Positions 29,091 to 38,580 of a stretch of 64,000 nt of DNA are shown piece after piece (position 1 is the first letter of the stretch; each line of letters starts with the position of its first letter). The notes beneath the pieces were generated by a model. It had not been told where the DNA came from. It searched no databases and saw only the letters and a list, made by a program, of their open reading frames with translations. A program made the position numbers and the translations under genes. The stretch covers positions 2,010,662-2,074,661 of the forward strand of contig OY759724.1 of the NCBI GenBank assembly GCA_963662715.1. The letters run 5' to 3'. Source of the stretch: Candidatus Omnitrophota bacterium. GTDB taxonomy: Bacteria > Omnitrophota > Gorgyraeia > Zapsychrales > JANLHA01.

Positions 29091-30536
29091 ATGAATGTAG
29101 CCTTTGTTTTCTCTTCTCAAAATGTTTTCTCTCCGGAGAAACCTTTACAATATCAGGAAGAAATGAATTTTGGTATTTCCTACATATCAGCATTTATAAA
29201 AAAACACGGGCATCAAACGCGGCTGTTTATAGTGACCAAAGACACAAAAATGAAGACTTTTCAGGAATTTGTAGACTCTTTTCAGCCTGAGGTTATCTGT
29301 TTTTCCAGCGTGACCAGCGAGTTCCCGTTTATAGTCCGCTGGATCAGAGATATCAAAGGATCCTACCCGCATATTTATTGTGTCGGAGGCGGCTGTCATA
29401 TAACCTTGAATCCTCATGACGGCCTGGAGACATCTCTGGACGCCCTTTGCATCGGAGAGGGGGAATGGCCGATCCTGGAACTTGTGGAGCAACTGGATCA
29501 GGGACGCATTCCGCAGGGAATAAGTAATTTATGGATTAAGCGGGACGGACAGGTTGAAAAGAACCGTATCCGTCCGTTTTTGGAAAACATTGATGATCTG
29601 CCGTTCCCGGACCGGGAGATGTGGCATCCCTGGACATTGGATCTGGACAGCCGGCCGGCGGTTCTTTTAGGCCGCGGATGTCCTTTTCAATGCACGTACT
29701 GTTCAAATCATGCCTTAAAGAAACTGGCATCAGGCACGTATGTCCGCTGCCGTTCCGCGGAGAATATTATTGCCGAACTCAAAGAGATCACGTCCCGGCA
29801 GCCTTCCGCCAGGGAGGTTTACTTTGAGGTGGAAACATTTAATGTGAATCTCCCCTGGGCTATCGGTTTGTGTGAAAGATTGGCAGAATTTAACCGGAAA
29901 AGGGACATCCCTCTGGAGTTTGGCGTGAACATCCGCGTCACGCCTAATACGGATTTTGCTTCGCTTTTTGCGGCCATGAAGAAGAGCCGGTTTTCTTTTA
30001 TCAATATCGGGGTCGAATCCGGCAGCGAACGGATCCGCCGGGATATTATGAAGCGGCGGTATTCCAACGACGATATTATGAAGACCGTTGCCCTGGCCCG
30101 GGAGCATGGATTAAAAGTGCATTTTTTGAACATGATCGGTCTCCCGACGGAAACAGAGGAGGATATCCGTCAGACGATTGCTGTTAACCGTGCCTGCCAG
30201 CCGGATATGTGGCCGTCCCATTCGATTTTTTTCCCGTACCCCGGGACAGAAATTCACCGTATGTGCCGGGAAATGAATTTATTGCCCCCCCAGATGGATG
30301 TCGAACGGGAACGCTCCCGGGCCGTGCTTAATCTGGACGGGTTGTCAAAAAGCAGAATTATGCATTATTTTGTCTGGTTTGACTATTATGTTTATAAAGG
30401 TCACCGCCCTTTATGGAAACTGCTGGCCCGGGTTTTTGTGGCCCGGCTGCATTGCTCGTACCGGTTGATGCGTATTTACCGGGGGCTGACCGAACGGGGC
30501 GTTCTTAAAAAATTGAAGGAGTTTCTCAAAAAATAA
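29091..30536 (+). CDS. B12-binding-domain radical SAM enzyme (copy 1)
   Basis: N-terminal cobalamin-binding Rossmann-like region, then 'LGRGCPFQCTYCSN', the CxxxCxxC radical-SAM cluster motif. Confidence 0.8.
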   Translation: MNVAFVFSSQNVFSPEKPLQYQEEMNFGISYISAFIKKHGHQTRLFIVTKDTKMKTFQEFVDSFQPEVICFSSVTSEFPFIVRWIRDIKGSYPHIYCVGGGCHITLNPHDGLETSLDALCIGEGEWPILELVEQLDQGRIPQGISNLWIKRDGQVEKNRIRPFLENIDDLPFPDREMWHPWTLDLDSRPAVLLGRGCPFQCTYCSNHALKKLASGTYVRCRSAENIIAELKEITSRQPSAREVYFEVETFNVNLPWAIGLCERLAEFNRKRDIPLEFGVNIRVTPNTDFASLFAAMKKSRFSFINIGVESGSERIRRDIMKRRYSNDDIMKTVALAREHGLKVHFLNMIGLPTETEEDIRQTIAVNRACQPDMWPSHSIFFPYPGTEIHRMCREMNLLPPQMDVERERSRAVLNLDGLSKSRIMHYFVWFDYYVYKGHRPLWKLLARVFVARLHCSYRLMRIYRGLTERGVLKKLKEFLKK

Positions 30537-30538
30537 AC

Positions 30539-31702
30539 ATGGCGAACGAAACCAAAAGAAAAGTTATCCCTTACGGACGGCAAAGCATTTCCCAGGAAGA
30601 TATCAAGGCTGTTGTAAATGTTTTGCGTTCGGACTGGATCACTCAAGGGCCCAGGATTCAGGAATTTGAAAAGGCGCTGTGCCGTTATACGGGAGCGAAA
30701 TACGCGGTTGCCGTGGCCAACGGAACCGCGGGCCTGCACCTGGCCTGTTTAGCGGCCGGAGTCGGCCCCGGAGATGAAGTCATCACATCCCCGATGACTT
30801 TTTTGGCTTCTGCCAATTGTGTTTTATATTGCGGAGGGACCCCGGTCTTTGCCGACATCCAGCCGGATACGGGGAATATCGACCCGGAGGAGATTGCTAA
30901 GAAAATCAGCGCAAGAACCAAAGCCGTTATTCCTGTACATTTTGCCGGCCATCCCTGTGATTTGAAAGAGATCCGTCGCATGGCCAGGAAGCACAAACTG
31001 GTTGTGATTGAAGATGCCTGCCATGCGTTAGGGGCTGAATACCAGGGGAAAAAGATCGGCGCCTGCCAGTATTCTGATATGACGGTCTTCAGCTTTCATC
31101 CGGTTAAGAGTATTACGACCGGGGAGGGAGGAGCCGTCTTAACGAATAATAAAAGGATGTATGAAAAACTTGTTCTATTGAGAAACCACGGGATGACGCG
31201 GGACAAGGCCAAAATTAAAAAGGGACAGGGGGACTGGTATTGCGAAATGCAGGCGTTGGGATTTAATTACCGTATCACCGATATCCAGTGCGCCTTGGGT
31301 ATAGGGCAGTTAAGCAGACTGGACCGGTTCCTGGCCAAAAGACGGCAGCTGGTTCAAGTCTATCAGAAGGCTTTGGCGGATACTTCGCACATTCAGCGTC
31401 CGGTTGAGCTCCCCGGGGGGCGTTCGGCCTGGCATATTTATCCCGTTTTTATTCACCCCTCAAGCCTGAAGCCTGTTGTTTTCAAGAAATTAAAGGCGGC
31501 CGGAATCAGACCGCAGGTTCATTATATGCCGGTTTACTGGCATCCTTATTATTATTCCCTGGGGTACAGAAAAGGGTTATGCCCCGGGGCAGAAGAATTT
31601 TATCGCGCGGAAATCACGGTCCCGTTGTATCCTTCGTTGAAATTACGTGAGGTTCATTATGTTGTCCGGACGTTAAAAGATATCTTGGAAGAGGTGAGGT
31701 AA
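30539..31702 (+). CDS. pseC: UDP-4-amino-4,6-dideoxy-N-acetyl-beta-L-altrosamine transaminase (DegT family)
   Basis: 'IPYGRQSISQEDIKAVVNVLRSDWITQGP' is the PseC N-terminal signature. PLP lysine in 'SFHPVKSITTGEGG'. Confidence 0.8.
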   Translation: MANETKRKVIPYGRQSISQEDIKAVVNVLRSDWITQGPRIQEFEKALCRYTGAKYAVAVANGTAGLHLACLAAGVGPGDEVITSPMTFLASANCVLYCGGTPVFADIQPDTGNIDPEEIAKKISARTKAVIPVHFAGHPCDLKEIRRMARKHKLVVIEDACHALGAEYQGKKIGACQYSDMTVFSFHPVKSITTGEGGAVLTNNKRMYEKLVLLRNHGMTRDKAKIKKGQGDWYCEMQALGFNYRITDIQCALGIGQLSRLDRFLAKRRQLVQVYQKALADTSHIQRPVELPGGRSAWHIYPVFIHPSSLKPVVFKKLKAAGIRPQVHYMPVYWHPYYYSLGYRKGLCPGAEEFYRAEITVPLYPSLKLREVHYVVRTLKDILEEVR

Positions 31703-32433
31703 TGAAAACAGTGGCTGTCATACAAGCCCGGATGAATTCTACCCGTCTGCCCGGGAAAGTCCTTATGGATATTGCCGGGCAGCCGATGCTGGCACATGTG
31801 GTCAGACGGTTGACACATAGCAGCCGGATTAATGAAATTGTCGTCGCTTTAACAACAGATACCGCTGATGATGTTGTGGAAATGTTTTGCCGGGACAGTA
31901 AAATCAAAATTTTTCGGGGGGAAAGTCATGACGTGTTGGACCGTTATTATCAAACAGCCCGATCTTTTCAGGCGGATTGTATCGTCCGGATCACCTCAGA
32001 CTGCCCTTTGATCGATCCTCAGGTCGTGGATCACGTTATCCGTGAATTCAAAGATACTTCCGCTGCTCTGGACGGGGCCACGAATTGTCTTCGCCGGACA
32101 TATCCTCGCGGACTCGACTGTGAAGTGTTCGGCTTTTCCGCCCTTGAGCGGTGCTGGAGACTGGCGGAGAAAGATTATTGCCGTGAGCATGTCACGATAT
32201 ATATGTATGAACATCCTGAGCTTTTTAAGATGAAAAATGTTGAATATAAGGAAGATTTGTCTTTTTACCGGTGGACCGTTGATGAAGAGCTTGATTTGAA
32301 ATTGGTGCGGGAGATTTATCTGAGACTGAGATCGGCAAAGGAGATGTTTTTTATGCAGGATATTCTGGAGGTGTTTGAAAGAGACCCGGCCCTTAAACAT
32401 ATCAACGAACATGTCCTTCAGAAACACGTTTAG
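31702..32433 (+). CDS. acylneuraminate cytidylyltransferase-family protein (PseF/SpsF-like CMP-sugar synthetase)
   Basis: 'AVIQARMNSTRLPGKVLMDIAGQPML' matches the cytidylyltransferase motif AR-x-x-S-x-R-x-x-x-K. Confidence 0.65.
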   Translation: MKTVAVIQARMNSTRLPGKVLMDIAGQPMLAHVVRRLTHSSRINEIVVALTTDTADDVVEMFCRDSKIKIFRGESHDVLDRYYQTARSFQADCIVRITSDCPLIDPQVVDHVIREFKDTSAALDGATNCLRRTYPRGLDCEVFGFSALERCWRLAEKDYCREHVTIYMYEHPELFKMKNVEYKEDLSFYRWTVDEELDLKLVREIYLRLRSAKEMFFMQDILEVFERDPALKHINEHVLQKHV

Positions 32434-32445
32434 AGAAATTTATTT

Positions 32446-33459
32446 ATGTCAGAACAGGTTTTGATTTTAACAGAAGGAGGAAAAGACGTCGGCCTGGGGC
32501 ATCTGTCCCGATGCTCCGCCTTGTACCAGGCTTTTGCGCAGAAGGGCGCTTCTCCGGTCCTGGTGGTTAACGGAGAAGAACATATCCTGGATTTTATCCC
32601 TGGTTTGCAATGCCATATTCAGCCCTGGCTGGACAAAGATGTCCTTTTGTCTTTATTGCAAGAAACGCCGGATATCGCGGTGGTCGATTCTTATTTAGCC
32701 GGGGAAGATCTTTATCAGATCATTGCGCGTAAGTGCAAGGTTGCCGTTTATATGGATGATAATAAACGTATGGATTATCCTCCGGGAATCGTGGTGAACA
32801 GCGCCGGAAACGCTGAGGCGTTGGGATATCCTCCCTGTCACGATAAGGTTTATTTGTTAACAGAAAAATATGCGTTGTTAAGAGCCCCGTTTTGGCAAGA
32901 CTCCCCCAGGAGAGCCGGACAGGCGCTTGAAACAATTTTGTTGACAATGGGTGGGAGTGACATGCGCAATCTGACTCCAAAGATTTTACAGGTTTTAACG
33001 CAGGAGTACCCGCAGGCGGAAAAGATTGTCATCGTGGGGCATGGGTTCAGCCGGCAGGAAACGATGTCATCATGGATCGATGATAGAACACAGATTGTAC
33101 AATCTCCAGATGCGGAAGCTCTGAGAGCCTTGATGCTTCAGGCGGATATGGCTGTTTCCGCTGGCGGGCAGACATTATACGAACTGACACGGTGCGGGGT
33201 TCCGGCTTGTGTCGTATGTGTCGCGGATAATCAGGCGTCGCATATCTCCTGGTTTCAAGAGAAAGGTCTGGTAAAGGATTGCGGACGGTATGATGCTTCT
33301 AACCTATCAGCGCGTGTGCGGCAGGCCTTAGGAGAATTGGCTGATGAGGAGCTTCGCAGCCGGATTTCGGCGGCAGGCAGAAAGATTGTCGACGGCCGGG
33401 GCGCGTTACGCCTCGTGGACGAAATATTAAAATATTTGCCTCTGCAACAGCATTATTGA
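32446..33459 (+). CDS. pseG: PseG-like UDP-2,4-diacetamido-2,4,6-trideoxy-L-altropyranose hydrolase (GT28-C-like)
   Basis: 'VLILTEGGKDVGLGHLSRCSAL' and a GT-B C-terminal pattern. Position in a pse cluster. Confidence 0.6.
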   Translation: MSEQVLILTEGGKDVGLGHLSRCSALYQAFAQKGASPVLVVNGEEHILDFIPGLQCHIQPWLDKDVLLSLLQETPDIAVVDSYLAGEDLYQIIARKCKVAVYMDDNKRMDYPPGIVVNSAGNAEALGYPPCHDKVYLLTEKYALLRAPFWQDSPRRAGQALETILLTMGGSDMRNLTPKILQVLTQEYPQAEKIVIVGHGFSRQETMSSWIDDRTQIVQSPDAEALRALMLQADMAVSAGGQTLYELTRCGVPACVVCVADNQASHISWFQEKGLVKDCGRYDASNLSARVRQALGELADEELRSRISAAGRKIVDGRGALRLVDEILKYLPLQQHY

Positions 33460-33488
33460 ATTTTACATTAAAAGGGGAAGAATGAGTT

Positions 33489-34130
33489 ATGGAAAAAGTC
33501 AAGATAGCTATATATGGCGCTTCCTTAGGGGGTGAGACCGTTAAAGAATGTCTTGCTCTGGAAGATACCTGTGATATTGCTTGTTTCCTGGATGATGACC
33601 CCCGGAAGTCGGGAATGGAATTTTGCGGTTTACCTATCCGGTCCTCGGATGATCTGGAGAAATTAAGCGCAGAGGGCGTGTCCCGGGTTGCCCTGGCCGT
33701 TGCCAATGCCTCGAAGAGACTGGAACTCCGGGGCCGGCTCATGGCATGCCGCCTGGAGCCGATGAATGTGATACATCCGCGCACTTATATAGCCCCGTCT
33801 GTAAAGATCGGGAAAGGAAACTATATTAAAGCCGGCGCGGTTATTGAGACAAATAGCACTGTTGGTGATTGCTGTATTATCGATAACGGTGTCATTGTCG
33901 CTCATGACAATGTCATTGAAGACGCCTGTCATCTTGCACCGGGTGTCGTTTTGGGAAGCAGTATTGTGGTCGGATCAGGGAGCATTATCGGAATAGGGGC
34001 CAGTATATCAACAAAGATCCGTATCGGAAAAAATGTGATTGTCAGCGTGGGAACCAGTGTCACCAGAGACGTTCCGGATAACAGTATTGTAGAAGGCGTT
34101 CCGGGAAAAATCATTGGAAGACGAAAATAA
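33489..34130 (+). CDS. NeuD/PglD-family sugar O-/N-acetyltransferase (hexapeptide LbH)
   Basis: N-terminal Rossmann-like 'IAIYGASLGGETV', then hexapeptide repeats 'IGKGNYIKAGAVIETNSTVGDCCIIDNGVIVAHDNVI'. Confidence 0.7.
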   Translation: MEKVKIAIYGASLGGETVKECLALEDTCDIACFLDDDPRKSGMEFCGLPIRSSDDLEKLSAEGVSRVALAVANASKRLELRGRLMACRLEPMNVIHPRTYIAPSVKIGKGNYIKAGAVIETNSTVGDCCIIDNGVIVAHDNVIEDACHLAPGVVLGSSIVVGSGSIIGIGASISTKIRIGKNVIVSVGTSVTRDVPDNSIVEGVPGKIIGRRK

Positions 34131-34186
34131 AAAATGCTTCCTGTCCCCGGGCCGCGGAAGCGGGTGAGGGCTTACAGTTAGGGTGT

Positions 34187-35104
34187 ATGATGAAAACAGA
34201 AGTGTTGTATGAAAAGATGTTGTTAATAAGGCTCTTCGAGGAGCAGGTGGGTCTTTTGTTTACCCGGGGAGATTTATTCGGGACGACACACGCCTGTATC
34301 GGGCAGGAAGCCGTTGCTGTGGGTGTTACGCAGGGGCTCCATCAAGATGATATCATCACGAGCAATCACCGCGGCCACGGCCATTATATTGCTTTCACCG
34401 GAGATGTCGAAGGCCTGCTGGCGGAACTGATGGGCAAAAAGACCGGAGTTTGCGCCGGTCGCAGCGGCAGCCAGCATTTGTGTTATAAAAATTTCTTTTC
34501 CAACGGAATAACCGGAGGCATGATCCCGGTGGCAACGGGCATGGCTTTGGCGGAAAAGAAAAAGAAGAGCGGAAAAATCGTTGTTTGTTTCTTGGGAGAC
34601 GGTGCCTTGGGAGAAGGCCCGCTTTATGAGTCTTTGAACATGGCCTCTTTATGGGGGCTGCCGATTATTTTTGTTGTTGAGAATAACAGTTATGCCATGA
34701 GCACGCATATTTCCGAGGCCGTGGCCGGAAAGATTTTAGAGCGCGGGAAAGCCTTCTCGATCAAAACAGAAGAGTTTTATACTCAGGATGCCGGGAAAAT
34801 TTTCTCCGGGTTTGAAAAAATTATCAGCCATGTCCGGACACAGGTTCAGCCGTATTTTTGTCTTTTTCATACATACCGGTTTTGCGGGCACAGCAAGAGC
34901 GATGATTGCTGTTACCGCGATAAGAATGAAGAACTGGAATGGCGTAAGAAAGATCCGCTGCTTATTTTAGAACAGCGTTTAGAGCCGCAAACCGTAAAAA
35001 GGATTCAGGAAAAATGCCGCCGTCAAATTGAGGAAGCTTTAAGCCAGGCGGCGGAAGCTCCCTTTCCTGACCCGGCTTGCTTGTCTCAGGGATTATGGGG
35101 TTGA
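34187..35104 (+). CDS. TPP-dependent 2-oxoacid dehydrogenase E1 component, alpha subunit
   Basis: 'ITSNHRGHGHYIA' and the TPP-binding 'GDGALGEG...NN'. Confidence 0.8.
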   Translation: MMKTEVLYEKMLLIRLFEEQVGLLFTRGDLFGTTHACIGQEAVAVGVTQGLHQDDIITSNHRGHGHYIAFTGDVEGLLAELMGKKTGVCAGRSGSQHLCYKNFFSNGITGGMIPVATGMALAEKKKKSGKIVVCFLGDGALGEGPLYESLNMASLWGLPIIFVVENNSYAMSTHISEAVAGKILERGKAFSIKTEEFYTQDAGKIFSGFEKIISHVRTQVQPYFCLFHTYRFCGHSKSDDCCYRDKNEELEWRKKDPLLILEQRLEPQTVKRIQEKCRRQIEEALSQAAEAPFPDPACLSQGLWG

Positions 35105-35113
35105 GGAAGATGT

Positions 35114-36127
35114 ATGAAAACATTTGCGCAATCGATTAATACCGCGTTGGAGGAAAAATTAGCTGAAGATCCCCGGGTGCTTTTGCTGGGCGAAGATCTC
35201 CGGGATCCTTACGGCGGTGCCTTTAAAATCACAAAAGGACTGTCTTCCCGGTATCCGGACCGGGTTCTCAACACGCCGATGAGCGAGTTTTCATTAGCCG
35301 GAGTGGCTGCGGGGCTGGCCATACGGGGTTTGCGGCCGGTCTTGGAGATCATGTTCGGTGATTTTATGACATTTTGCGCGGATCAGCTGATCAACCATGC
35401 CGTGAAGTTTCGCTGGATGTACAACGGACAAGTGGATGTCCCGCTTGTGATCCGGACTCCCATGGGAGGGGGACGCGGTTACGGTCCGACCCACAGCCAG
35501 TCTCTGGAGAAGATTTTTATGGGCATTCCGGGGCTGAAGATCATTGCTGCGAGTCATTTTCATGATGCCGGGACATTGTTAAAAGACGCTATTGATGACG
35601 ACAATCCGGTTTTATTTATAGAACATAAACTTTTATATCCCCGTAAGATCGGCCAGCCGGTGGACGGTTACATTTCGGACTTTGCCGTTAAATTTTCTGA
35701 CGGCAGGTATAAAACATTGAGATTATCTAACACGGACTTTGACGATCCTCAGCTTACGGTGCTTGTTTATGGCGGAATGTTGCCTTGGGTGACAGAGGCT
35801 GTTAATGAACTGCTCGTTGAAGAGGAGGTCGGAGCGGAGATTGTTGTCCCGAGTTATATTAACCAATCTTTCATCCCGGAGATGATGGAATCCGTTAAGA
35901 CAACAGGGAGGCTGGTGATTGTGGAAGAAGGGACTCTGTCGTTCGGCTGGGGGGCAGAAATGGCCGCCAGGATTGTGACACATGAAAGCATAGGGTCCTT
36001 GAAGGCGCCTGTCAGGCGGGTGGCCGCGAAAGATCTGCCTTTGGCGAATTCACGTGTTTTAGAAGAAGCCACATTGCCGCAGGTCAGGGATATCAAAAAG
36101 GCTGTTCAGGAGGTCTTAGCGTCATGA
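35114..36127 (+). CDS. 2-oxoacid dehydrogenase E1 component, beta subunit (transketolase-like C-terminal)
   Basis: 'VLLLGEDL...GGAFKITKGL...RVLNTPMSE' and the overall E1-beta pattern. Confidence 0.8.
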   Translation: MKTFAQSINTALEEKLAEDPRVLLLGEDLRDPYGGAFKITKGLSSRYPDRVLNTPMSEFSLAGVAAGLAIRGLRPVLEIMFGDFMTFCADQLINHAVKFRWMYNGQVDVPLVIRTPMGGGRGYGPTHSQSLEKIFMGIPGLKIIAASHFHDAGTLLKDAIDDDNPVLFIEHKLLYPRKIGQPVDGYISDFAVKFSDGRYKTLRLSNTDFDDPQLTVLVYGGMLPWVTEAVNELLVEEEVGAEIVVPSYINQSFIPEMMESVKTTGRLVIVEEGTLSFGWGAEMAARIVTHESIGSLKAPVRRVAAKDLPLANSRVLEEATLPQVRDIKKAVQEVLAS

Positions 36128-36561
36128 TACACGATATCCTTGTGCCGCAGTTGGGCGTTAATGATGAGTTCGTCACCATTGTTGAGTGGCGTGTTAACGA
36201 CGGGGACAAAGTTGAGGTTGGGACGCCGTTATGCATCATTGAGACAACGAAGGCGGTCGTAGACCTGTTAGCTGAAAATCCCGGGGTTATCGTCAGGATA
36301 CGCTGTGAAAAGGAGCGGGTAGCCATAAAAGATCTTTTGGGATACATCGGCGATTCTTGGGAGGAGATCCAGCGCCTTATCCCGGAGAAACAGGCGACCG
36401 GAAAAAAGTCTGTGGGCGGCGAAGCCGATATTAAAGCCACGCAGAAAGCCCGGGCCCTGGCTGAATCCCTGGGAGTGGATATCGGTCTGATTCTTAAGAA
36501 AGGGATCATCCGCGAAAAGGATGTGCAGGAATTTTATGCTTCCCGGCAAAAGGAATTTTAA
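36124..36561 (+). CDS. stand-alone lipoyl/biotinyl carrier domain protein with a peripheral-subunit-binding domain (E2 lacking the acyltransferase catalytic domain)
   Basis: 'GTPLCIIETTKAVVDL' carries the lipoyl-Lys in a TTKA context. 'TQKARALAESLGVDIGLI' is a PSBD. There is no C-terminal CAT domain. Confidence 0.7.
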   Translation: MIHDILVPQLGVNDEFVTIVEWRVNDGDKVEVGTPLCIIETTKAVVDLLAENPGVIVRIRCEKERVAIKDLLGYIGDSWEEIQRLIPEKQATGKKSVGGEADIKATQKARALAESLGVDIGLILKKGIIREKDVQEFYASRQKEF

Positions 36562-36562
36562 G

Positions 36563-37618
36563 GTGAAAAGGACGAACGAGACAACCGGAAAAAGATTTTT
36601 TCACGAGGATAATTCGGTCTTTATTATCGCGGAGGTCTCTGCTAATCATGGGCAGGATTTTAAGCGGGCCGTCCAAATGATCAAGACGGCCAAAAAGTGC
36701 GGCGCGGATGCCGTGAAATTTCAGGCGTACACTCCTGATACGATGACGATGGACGTCAACACCCGTTATTTTCAGGTCCGTCATGCTCAATGGAGCGGAC
36801 AGTCTTTGTATCAGCTGTATCAAAAGGCGTATACGCCTTTTGCATGGTTTAAGAAATTGAAAAAAGTGGCTGATGATATCGGTATTTTGTTTTTTGCCAC
36901 GGCGTTTGATAAAACGGCCGTTGATTTGCTGGAAGAAATCCGGGTGCCGGTACACAAGATTGCATCGTTTGAACTTAACGACATCCCTTTGATCCGGTAC
37001 ATGGCCAGGACGAAGAAGCCGCTGATATTATCCACGGGGATGGCAACGCTGGCTGAGATTCAGGCGGCCGTTGATGCCGCCTGTCAAAACGGAACCCGTG
37101 ATATATCTTTACTAAAATGTGTCAGTGATTACCCGGCTTCCCCGGAAGAGATGAATTTAGCGACCATCCCGGATATGAAAAAAAGATTTCCTGCCGTTAT
37201 CGGCCTTTCGGACCATTCTTTGGGCATAGGGGTGTCTGTGGCCGGAGTATCGTTAGGGGCGAAGATTATTGAAAAGCATTTTACCCTTTCAAGAAAGCAC
37301 AGGACGGCAGACAACTTTTTTTCCCTGGAGCCGGACGAGTTAAAGGATCTGGTGGATAATATACGGGTGGTAGAAAAGGCTGTGGGGCAGATTCATTACG
37401 GATTGACCAAAAAGGAAAAGGCGAGCCGAATTTACCGGCGTTCGTTGTTTGCGGTTCAGGATATTCGGAAAGGGGAGAAGCTGACCGAGCACAATGTGAG
37501 GTCGATCAGGCCTGCTTACGGTCTGGACCCCGAGGCTATCGACGAGGTGCTGGACAAAACGGCCAGCAGGCATATCCGGAAAGGGGTTCCTTTAAGATGG
37601 GACATGATTGAAACATGA
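36563..37618 (+). CDS. pseI: pseudaminic acid synthase / NeuB-family nonulosonate synthase with C-terminal SAF domain
   Basis: 'VFIIAEVSANHGQDFKRAVQMIKTAKKCGADAVKFQ' plus a C-terminal SAF region 'VAVQDIRKGEKLTEHNVRSIRP'. GTG start at 36563 has an AAAGGAA SD; the ORF track begins at ATG 36521. Confidence 0.8.
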   Translation: MKRTNETTGKRFFHEDNSVFIIAEVSANHGQDFKRAVQMIKTAKKCGADAVKFQAYTPDTMTMDVNTRYFQVRHAQWSGQSLYQLYQKAYTPFAWFKKLKKVADDIGILFFATAFDKTAVDLLEEIRVPVHKIASFELNDIPLIRYMARTKKPLILSTGMATLAEIQAAVDAACQNGTRDISLLKCVSDYPASPEEMNLATIPDMKKRFPAVIGLSDHSLGIGVSVAGVSLGAKIIEKHFTLSRKHRTADNFFSLEPDELKDLVDNIRVVEKAVGQIHYGLTKKEKASRIYRRSLFAVQDIRKGEKLTEHNVRSIRPAYGLDPEAIDEVLDKTASRHIRKGVPLRWDMIET

Positions 37619-38580
37619 TTTCACTGAAAAATAAACATCAGAATCAGCGTGCTCTTGTCATTTTCGGAGGGCCTTCTATTGTCGCGAACCGGTATCCTCT
37701 GCAGAGCATTGACAAAAGCCGGTATACGGTCTTCCTGGAATCAAAGGCTTTAACGCCGTATTTCTTGAAATCAGGCCTGGTCCCGGATTATTATTTAATG
37801 TTTTTCCTTGAGAAATGCAAGTCGAATGCGTTCCAACACGTGGTTTTCCAGTCGTTCCTGGCCGACATAAAATTGGATGACCTGCTCCGGGAACAATTCC
37901 TGGCAGAGTATCACTTTATGAAAGATCATTTTGACATGTTCTTTGAGCCTTTCCGGCCGCATAAAGGCCCGCATAAGAAATACCGCTATAGACCCGATGT
38001 GTTCCTGAAAAACAGTCCTTTGGATCTGCTGGCAAATTTTCCCGGGGTGGCAGGGCTGTCTATAGAAAGTAATTTCCAGGACTACGCCGGAAGTTTTTCT
38101 TATCAGAATCCGGTCCATAAATTTCATGTCAGGAAAGCGGAAAAGCAGTTTGATCTTGATGATTATTTTCATGTTGATGACGAGGGCGACATCCCGTCTC
38201 TTAAAGATTACAGTTTCTTAAACTCGGCGGCGATAGCCTTGTTCCCCATCCTGAAGTATCTGGGATTCGACAGTGTTTTTTTTCTGGGGATGGATATGTC
38301 CATGCTGGGGAGCATGGAGTTTGCCGCCTGCTATACTTTTAAATCCATGAAGCATTATGAAAAATTTTTCAAAAAGGCGCAACGGGTTTTCAATGCTTCG
38401 TTCAGGGAGAATAAGAGAAAATTCATGCGTCCGCCTTATGACTTTGAGGCGGTAGAGCAAATTCTCTCTTACCGGGGAATGACATTTCTCAATATCTATG
38501 AACCATTTGAATATGCGATGCCTGTGCCGGGTATTCGCAGTATCTCATTTAAGGAATTTCTTAATGGAACAGTCCAATAA
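37615..38580 (+). CDS. hypothetical protein, possibly a DUF115/MptE-like (Maf/PseE-like nonulosonate transferase) domain
   Basis: 'ALVIFGGPSIV' and 'VFFLGMDMS' resemble the DUF115 motifs of motility-accessory-factor glycosyltransferases. Confidence 0.35.
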   Translation: MISLKNKHQNQRALVIFGGPSIVANRYPLQSIDKSRYTVFLESKALTPYFLKSGLVPDYYLMFFLEKCKSNAFQHVVFQSFLADIKLDDLLREQFLAEYHFMKDHFDMFFEPFRPHKGPHKKYRYRPDVFLKNSPLDLLANFPGVAGLSIESNFQDYAGSFSYQNPVHKFHVRKAEKQFDLDDYFHVDDEGDIPSLKDYSFLNSAAIALFPILKYLGFDSVFFLGMDMSMLGSMEFAACYTFKSMKHYEKFFKKAQRVFNASFRENKRKFMRPPYDFEAVEQILSYRGMTFLNIYEPFEYAMPVPGIRSISFKEFLNGTVQ

